DNA from: an uncultured Acidobacteriota bacterium | GTDB taxonomy: Bacteria; Acidobacteriota; Thermoanaerobaculia; Multivoradales; UBA5704 | Reading direction: 5' to 3' | Assembly (NCBI GenBank): GCA_963770895.1 | Contig: CAVYRF010000001.1 | Location: 1,152,001-1,216,000 of the forward strand | Length of the DNA stretch: 64,000 nucleotides | Part shown: in pieces, positions 36,635-64,000 of the stretch | How the letters are laid out: each line of letters begins with the position of its first letter | Position numbering within the stretch: the stretch's first letter is position 1 | Program-made: the position numbers and the translations under genes | The notes under the pieces: generated by a model | What the model was told of the DNA's origin: nothing | The model's input: only the letters and a program-made list of their open reading frames with translations | Databases searched by the model: none

Positions 36635-36702
36635 CGCCAAGTCGGTTCACCGTGTCGCCCCGATCGCGACGCGCCTGGCGGCGCGTGCGCAATCGGGGCC
36701 GG
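36635..36702. repeat. 68-bp palindromic (REP-like) element, copy 2
   Basis: cgccaagtcggttcaccgtgtcgccccgatcgcgacgcgcctggcggcgcgtgcgcaatcggggccgg, in the same orientation as copy 1. Confidence 0.85.
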
Positions 36703-36815
36703 AGCGCGGGCGAGGCGTCGTGCCATACATGAAGGGCTTGCGGCGAGGAGCGCCGGCCGGCCCCGCCGGACCGGAGACGCCGGCCGGCGGGGCTTGCTGC
36801 GGCCGCGGCGGCCGG

Positions 36816-38150
36816 TCAGTGGGCGCCGGTGTTCTTGACGATGCGGCCGGCCTGCATGACGAAGAAGACGTTTTCGGTGCGGCGGATGTCTTGCAGCGGA
36901 TCGCCGGCGACGGCGACCAGGTCGGCGACCTTGCCGTGCTCGATGGTGCCGATCTGGTCGGTGAGGCCGAGCAGGTCGGCGCCGCCGGCGGTGGCGGCGC
37001 GCAGGGCCTGCGCCGGCGTCATGCCGTTGCTTGCCATGAGCGCGAACTCGCGCGCGTCCAGGCCGTGCGGCTCGACGCCCGAATCGGTGCCGAACGCCAC
37101 CTTGACGCCGATCTTCATGGCGCGCCGGAACATGTCCTGCATCGCCGCGGCGGCGGCGCGCGCCTTGACGGCGATGGCCGGCGGGAACTTGTCGGCCTTT
37201 TCGCCCACCCAGTAGCCGGCGAACAGCGTCGGCACCAGGTAGACGCCCTTGTCCTTCATCTCGCGCAGCGTGTCGTCCTTGAGGAACGAGCCGTGCTCGA
37301 TCGAATCCACGCCGGCGGCGATGGCGATCTTGGCGGCGGCGTCGCCGTGGCAATGCGCCGCCACCTTGCGGTGCCACGCATGCGCCTCCGAAACAATGGC
37401 GTTCATCTCCTCCTGGGTCAGCTCCGGCACGTCGACCGGATCGGCCAGCGACAGCACGCCGCCCGACGGCATGCACTTGATCACGTCGGCGCCGTACTTG
37501 ATCTGGTAGCGCACCGCCTCGCGGCACTCCGCCGGCCCGTTGCAGACCCCCTGGATGGTGCCGGCCGGCTTGACGCGGTCGGGAGGAAACGGCGACTGGT
37601 CGGCATGGCCGCCGGTCGAGCCGATGCCGTAGTTCGCCACCAGCATGCGCGGCCCCTCCGCCACACCGGCGTTGATCGCATTGCGCAACCCGACGGCCAG
37701 AAAATCCTGCGAGCCCAGGTCGCGCACCGTGGTGAATCCCGCCTCCAGCGTCAGCCGCGCATAGTGGGCCGCATAGTGCGCCTGCTCGGCCGGGAACCGC
37801 ATCACCCCGGTAAAAAAGTCCTTGTACCAGTCGTCGCCCGCCTCGTGCGCCATGTGCACGTGCGCGTCGATGAAGCCGGGCAGCAGCGTCGCATCACCCA
37901 GGTCGATCACCCGAGCCCCCGGCGGCACCGGCAGGTTGGCGCCCACCTGGGTGATCCGCTCCCCCTCCACCACCACCATGCCCGGCGCCACCACCTGGTC
38001 GGACGTCGCGGCGAACACCCGCGCCGCCTTGATCACCACCACCGCCGGCGCCGCCGCGGACTGCGCCGCCGCCGCCGCCCCCAGCGCGCCCCCAGCCGGA
38101 AGCCCTGCCGCCACCGCCAGCATCACCACCAGCAACCCAAGCTTTTTCAT
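36816..38150 (-). CDS. Secreted metal-dependent amidohydrolase (Xaa-Pro dipeptidase/peptidase-like subgroup)
   Basis: Signal peptide MKKLGLLVVMLAVAAG. Motifs LLPGFIDAHVH, GFTTVRDLG, IKCMPSGG, AAHCHG, SIEHG, FGTDSG, GKVADLVAV. SD AAGGAG upstream. Confidence 0.92.
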   Translation of the reverse strand: MKKLGLLVVMLAVAAGLPAGGALGAAAAAQSAAAPAVVVIKAARVFAATSDQVVAPGMVVVEGERITQVGANLPVPPGARVIDLGDATLLPGFIDAHVHMAHEAGDDWYKDFFTGVMRFPAEQAHYAAHYARLTLEAGFTTVRDLGSQDFLAVGLRNAINAGVAEGPRMLVANYGIGSTGGHADQSPFPPDRVKPAGTIQGVCNGPAECREAVRYQIKYGADVIKCMPSGGVLSLADPVDVPELTQEEMNAIVSEAHAWHRKVAAHCHGDAAAKIAIAAGVDSIEHGSFLKDDTLREMKDKGVYLVPTLFAGYWVGEKADKFPPAIAVKARAAAAAMQDMFRRAMKIGVKVAFGTDSGVEPHGLDAREFALMASNGMTPAQALRAATAGGADLLGLTDQIGTIEHGKVADLVAVAGDPLQDIRRTENVFFVMQAGRIVKNTGAH

Positions 38151-38245
38151 CCTGAATTCTCCTTACCGGTTTCCGTCCAGGGTAGCACCGCAGGGGCGGC
38201 GGAGGGCGGCCTCTACGGCCTCGCCGGGGGGCGGCGGCGCTTTTG

Positions 38246-38324
38246 AAGTGACGCATCGGGACCGACAAGTGACGCTAGATCGGAACGCCTCGCCGCGGTG
38301 AGGTCTTGCGCCTGTTGGTATATT
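38246..38324. promoter_or_regulatory. Divergent intergenic control region: AAGTGACGC direct repeats and a candidate extended -10
   Basis: AAGTGACGC at 38246-38254 and 38267-38275 (21-bp period). TGGTATATT at 38316-38324 on the + strand. Confidence 0.4.
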
Positions 38325-38367
38325 TTCCGCCGGTTACCTCAAGTACCTGACAACTCAGCAGTCACCG

Positions 38368-60477
<22,110 letters not shown>

Positions 60478-60568
60478 CCCCCGCGGCAGGCGGTGGCGGT
60501 GCGGTTCCCGTCCCCCAGCCCGTCTCCCAGCCCGGCCCGCCGCACAGGCCGGCCGGGCGCCGGCGCGC

Positions 60569-61972
60569 TCACGATCCCGGCGGCGGCTCCGGGCAGGTGC
60601 AGGCGTTCTGGGCGGTGAAGAAGTAGGGGAAGAGGACGACGTGGCTCATGTACAGCGTCTTGTCCACCACCGTCACCGTTTGGGGGTTCACCTGCGGGTT
60701 GCCGACCAGGCCGGCAAACTCGCCGGGGAACTGCGGGTTGTGACAGCCGAAACAGCTCACGTCCTGCTTGAACGTCTCCAGGGTCGTGTTCGACAGCAGC
60801 GGCGAGCCGCCCGGCGTCGTCAGGTTGACGGTCGGCGTGCGCACGTTGAAGGGCGCCGGCGCGGGCGCTGGATCGGTCGCCCACAGGGTGCCCACCAGCT
60901 TGTAAAAGCGCAGCGGCGACCTGGCCGGCAGCTGGCGCTGCACGGTGCCGTTCAATTGATCGATCTGGCGGGCGATCTCGGGCGCCGCGCCGCCATGTGA
61001 ATACTTGCGGCAGACGTTGGTGGGCTTGGCCGGACCGCTTGCCGGATTGGCCTGGTTGCAGTGCGCCTCGTCGCTGCGGCAGTCGGTCACCCCGTCGTAC
61101 AGCGACCAGGGGCCGGGTTGCGGCGTCTCGTCGCAGTCCGGAGCCGTGTTTTGATGTTCGAAGGTGGCCCAGATCAGCTCGGGGTGATTGTCGGCGCCGC
61201 CGGTGACGTGAAAGCCCACCAGCGCCAGCTCCTGTTCGGTGGCGCAGGCGATCTGGTCGCCCGCCGGGCAGCTGCCGCCGGCGCCCACCGGCACCGAGCA
61301 GCAGCTCTTGGACTCGGGGATGACGCAGGCGGTGGTGACGAAGTACTGCGCCTTCTCCTGCTCGCTCATGCCGGCGGCCAGGCGCCACGAAGTCTTGATC
61401 TCGAAGCTGCCGCTCGGAAACGCCTGCTGCGGGTCGGCCGCGCTCAGCACCGCCGGATTGGCCAGCTGGTGATTGGTCACGAACTGGATCCACGCCGGGC
61501 TGACATGGGCGGTGAAGTAGACCGGGTTGCCCGCCTGGTCGATCACCTCGCCCGACAGCTGGTTGCCCGCCGCGTCCTTGGGCGGGAAGCCGGGCTGGGT
61601 CGTGGCGTTGACCACCTCCTGGGTGGGCGGCCCGCCGCACTGATTGAAAGGGGCTTTGGGCGTGCCCTTGGTGCACGCCTGCTGGCAGAACAGGCTGTTG
61701 ATGGCCGGCTTGGGGAACCCCCACTGGAGGTAGCGCGGCACCGGCTGGGCGGGGCTGGTCTCGAGCAGCGCCAGAAAAGTCTGCCAGGCAAACTGCTGAA
61801 ACTGGCACGGGCTGGCCGGCGCGGTGTCGGGCACCATCGGAATGCCGGTGAACCAGCTTGCCGGCGCGGTGCAACCGCCGCCCGCCGCGACCGCCGGCAG
61901 GGCGCCGGCCGCCAGCAAGAGAGCGAATACCAGCAACGTCGCACACAAACCTCCCCACGATCGCAGCGCCAT
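60569..61972 (-). CDS. Secreted cysteine-rich protein with a C-terminal CxxCH motif (possible c-type cytochrome)
   Basis: Hydrophobic signal peptide and many Cys residues. Blocks LVGFHV, HPELIWATFEH, LSNTTLETF. SCFGCH with CxxCH at 60740-60754. SD AAGGAG upstream. Confidence 0.8.
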   Translation of the reverse strand: MALRSWGGLCATLLVFALLLAAGALPAVAAGGGCTAPASWFTGIPMVPDTAPASPCQFQQFAWQTFLALLETSPAQPVPRYLQWGFPKPAINSLFCQQACTKGTPKAPFNQCGGPPTQEVVNATTQPGFPPKDAAGNQLSGEVIDQAGNPVYFTAHVSPAWIQFVTNHQLANPAVLSAADPQQAFPSGSFEIKTSWRLAAGMSEQEKAQYFVTTACVIPESKSCCSVPVGAGGSCPAGDQIACATEQELALVGFHVTGGADNHPELIWATFEHQNTAPDCDETPQPGPWSLYDGVTDCRSDEAHCNQANPASGPAKPTNVCRKYSHGGAAPEIARQIDQLNGTVQRQLPARSPLRFYKLVGTLWATDPAPAPAPFNVRTPTVNLTTPGGSPLLSNTTLETFKQDVSCFGCHNPQFPGEFAGLVGNPQVNPQTVTVVDKTLYMSHVVLFPYFFTAQNACTCPEPPPGS

Positions 61973-62220
61973 GCCCGTGCTCCTTTTTTCGAGATGCTAA
62001 ATTGAGCTTAGGGGATCTAGCTCTGGCGGTCAATCGCCAGGACTTCAGGCGCCTGCGCCTGGCTGCGCCGTGCCCGGCGGGCCTGCTCAGGGTGGGGGCG
62101 TGAATGCGTAGAGGCCCTGGCCCGCGGTGCCCAGCGCCTGCGGCGCCGGCGTCGCCGCATCCGCGGTCTGCTAAGCTTCGCTCGATGCTCGATCTCCCGC
62201 CTGCCTGACCGGCACCCACG

Positions 62221-63180
62221 ATGCGCACGATCACCCTGGAAGAGCACTATGCCAGCCCGGAGTTCCTCGCCGGACCCGGACGCCACCTGAAGGCGGAAGG
62301 CACGCCGGCCGGAGTGCTGGAGGCGCTCTGCGACCTCGACGACAAGCGGATCCAGGCGATGGACGTCGCGGGCATCGACGTCCAGGTGCTCTCGCTCACC
62401 TCGCCGGGCACGGAGCAGCTGGACGCGACCGAAGCGGTGGCGGTGGCGCGGCAGAGCAACGATTTCCTTGCCGCCGCGGTGCGCCGCCACCCGGGTCGTT
62501 TCGCCGGTTTTGCCGCGCTGCCCAGCGCCGATCCGGCCGCGGCCGCGGACGAGCTGGCGCGGACGACCCGGGAGCACGGTTTCCGGGGAGCCATGATCAA
62601 CGGCCACGTCCGCGGCCGCTACCTGGACGACCCGTTTTTCGCGCCCATCCTGGAGCGCGCGCAGGCGCTTGGGGTTCCCCTCTACCTGCATCCGACGCCG
62701 CCGCCCCAGCCGGCGATCGACGCCTTGTACAAGGGCTTCTCGCCGGTCGTGGAATGCCTGCTCGCCGGGCCGGCCTGGGGCTGGCACATCGAAACCGCCG
62801 TGCACGTCATCCGGCTGATCCTGGGCGGCGTCTTCGACCGCTTGCCACGGTTGCAGGTGGTCGTCGGGCACATGGGCGAGGGTTTGCCCTTCATGCTGCC
62901 GCGCCTCAACCTGGTCCTGTCCGAGGCCAGGACCAAGCTCGCGCGCCCCGTCGCCGCCTACCTGCGCGAGAACGTCCACTACACGTTCAGCGGCTTCAAC
63001 TTCACGCCCACCTTCCTCAACCTGCTGCTGGAGGTGGGAGTCGACCGCATCCTCTTTTCGGCCGACCATCCCTGGGCCTCGATGGCCCAGGCGCGGGCCT
63101 TCCTCGACCGCCTGCCGGTGAGCGCCGCCGACAAGGAGCGCATCGCGCACGGCAACGCCCAACGCCTGCTCGGCCTCTGA
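62221..63180 (+). CDS. Amidohydrolase-2 family protein (aromatic-acid decarboxylase-like)
   Basis: ITLEEH, MDVAGIDVQVLS, PGRFAGFAALP, PLYLHP, GVFDRLPRLQVVVGHMGEGLPF, DRILFSADHPW, IAHGNA. Confidence 0.9.
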   Translation: MRTITLEEHYASPEFLAGPGRHLKAEGTPAGVLEALCDLDDKRIQAMDVAGIDVQVLSLTSPGTEQLDATEAVAVARQSNDFLAAAVRRHPGRFAGFAALPSADPAAAADELARTTREHGFRGAMINGHVRGRYLDDPFFAPILERAQALGVPLYLHPTPPPQPAIDALYKGFSPVVECLLAGPAWGWHIETAVHVIRLILGGVFDRLPRLQVVVGHMGEGLPFMLPRLNLVLSEARTKLARPVAAYLRENVHYTFSGFNFTPTFLNLLLEVGVDRILFSADHPWASMAQARAFLDRLPVSAADKERIAHGNAQRLLGL

Positions 63181-63252
63181 ATCGCGGATCATCCGGCGCG
63201 CACCAGGGTGGCCGCGGCCGGGGCTTGGTGGGCGGAGCGGAAGGTGGTGCGC

Positions 63253-63999
63253 CTAGAGGGCCGGGTGGCTGGCGGGCAGGACGTCCCAGGCGGCGCGCTC
63301 CTGGGCGTCCAGCTGATGTTGACGGAAGTGCTGGCGGACGGCGATTTGTGTGCCCAGCTCGAGCAGCTGGTCGCCGTCGGCGGTGTAGGCGGGCCAGGCG
63401 GGCAGGCTGGGACCGGCGGGCTGGCCGGTCTTGGCGAACTGAACCCACAGATTGTGCACCAGGCGGGTCATGGCGCGGTCTTCGGCGGGCAGCATGGCGG
63501 CCAGCGGCGACAGCTTGTCCCAGGTGTTGAAGACGTAGGGCAGCTCGGAACCGTGCGAGGCGCCCATCACCTTGCCGCGTTGATGCACGCGCACGTAGGA
63601 AAAGTAGTAGAGCCAGGCGGGCGCGCCTTGCGCCGCGGCGGTGCGGGCGAACCAGCGCTCGGGGGCGACAAAGTAGTGATCGCCGAAGATGGCGGCGCCC
63701 AGGGTCTTGTCGTTCGTGGTGTCGGTGCCGGTGGCGGTGTAGGCGGCGCGCACGGTGGGCCGGGCGTAGGGCAGCGCCGCCGCCGGGTCGGGCAGCAGCG
63801 AGGCCTCGAAGCTGTTGCAGCCCAGGATCAGCGGCACGCGCAGGGCGTGGCCGCCGGCAAACGCCTGGGCGATGCCTTCCTTGAGCAGGCGGCCGTCGAT
63901 GACCGGCCCGACGTTTTCGGCCGGCACCGCGACCAGCGCTTCGGCAGGCAGGGCGCGCAGGACGTCGGCGTCGACCCCGCCGGCCTTGACCACGCCGGC
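63253..63999 (-). CDS. Carboxylesterase type B, C-terminal part (partial; begins beyond the window end)
   Basis: GPVIDG, VPLILGCNSFE, AWLYYF, GASHGSELPYVF, WVQFAKTGQP, WPAY. The frame is open to the window end. Confidence 0.88.
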   Translation of the reverse strand, partial: AGVVKAGGVDADVLRALPAEALVAVPAENVGPVIDGRLLKEGIAQAFAGGHALRVPLILGCNSFEASLLPDPAAALPYARPTVRAAYTATGTDTTNDKTLGAAIFGDHYFVAPERWFARTAAAQGAPAWLYYFSYVRVHQRGKVMGASHGSELPYVFNTWDKLSPLAAMLPAEDRAMTRLVHNLWVQFAKTGQPAGPSLPAWPAYTADGDQLLELGTQIAVRQHFRQHQLDAQERAAWDVLPASHPAL

Positions 64000-64000
64000 G

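Larger units (their letters stand above)
34885..36702. mobile_element. Putative small integrated accessory island (DUF3800-like gene plus TA-like pair) bounded by 68-bp direct repeats
   Basis: Direct repeats 1750 bp apart, a clear drop in GC at about 34960-35700, and typical accessory cargo. No integrase or transposase is present. Confidence 0.5.

Noticed and set aside
34885-36702. Repeats as a CRISPR array, IS terminal repeats or integron attC sites
   Set aside because: There are only two copies, 1.75 kb apart and in direct orientation. No cas, transposase or integrase gene is present, and I could not identify clear RYYYAAC/GTTRRRY ends.
62221-64000. Decarboxylase-like and carboxylesterase genes as cluster tailoring enzymes
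   Set aside because: Both are common families, separated from the NRPS by an oppositely oriented gene. Nothing in the sequence ties them to the pathway.

Overview
Very GC-rich bacterial DNA (roughly 75% by eye). The style resembles soil Acidobacteriota/Thermoanaerobaculia or myxobacteria, which is inference only. About 57 kb is a + strand NRPS/PKS biosynthetic region. Line 1 (<1-34635) consists of: the tail of a PKS gene (dead KR plus carrier); a stand-alone C domain; NRPS C-A-T-C-A(MT)-T; NRPS C-A(MT)-T-C; and a hybrid C*-A-KS-AT0-KR0-ACP-C-A-T-C-A(MT)-T-C with no TE. Next come a 1.75-kb island flanked by 68-bp palindromic direct repeats (frameshifted lower-GC DUF3800-like gene plus a DUF6516/HTH toxin-antitoxin-like pair) and a secreted amidohydrolase. 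Line 2 (38368-60477) is a 7369-aa NRPS, ACP-C-A-T-C-A-T-C-A(remnant)-T-C-T-C-A-T-C-A-T-C-A-T-TE. The window ends with a Cys-rich CxxCH secreted protein, an amidohydrolase-2 decarboxylase-like gene and a partial carboxylesterase. The most unusual elements are non-canonical assembly-line parts: paired HHLVTDWIS C domains with matching docking helices, an A domain fused directly to a KS with no carrier in a module with dead C/AT/KR, two consecutive A-less modules, and a terminal HHVAADWW C domain. Domain boundaries and A-domain codes were read by eye and are approximate.
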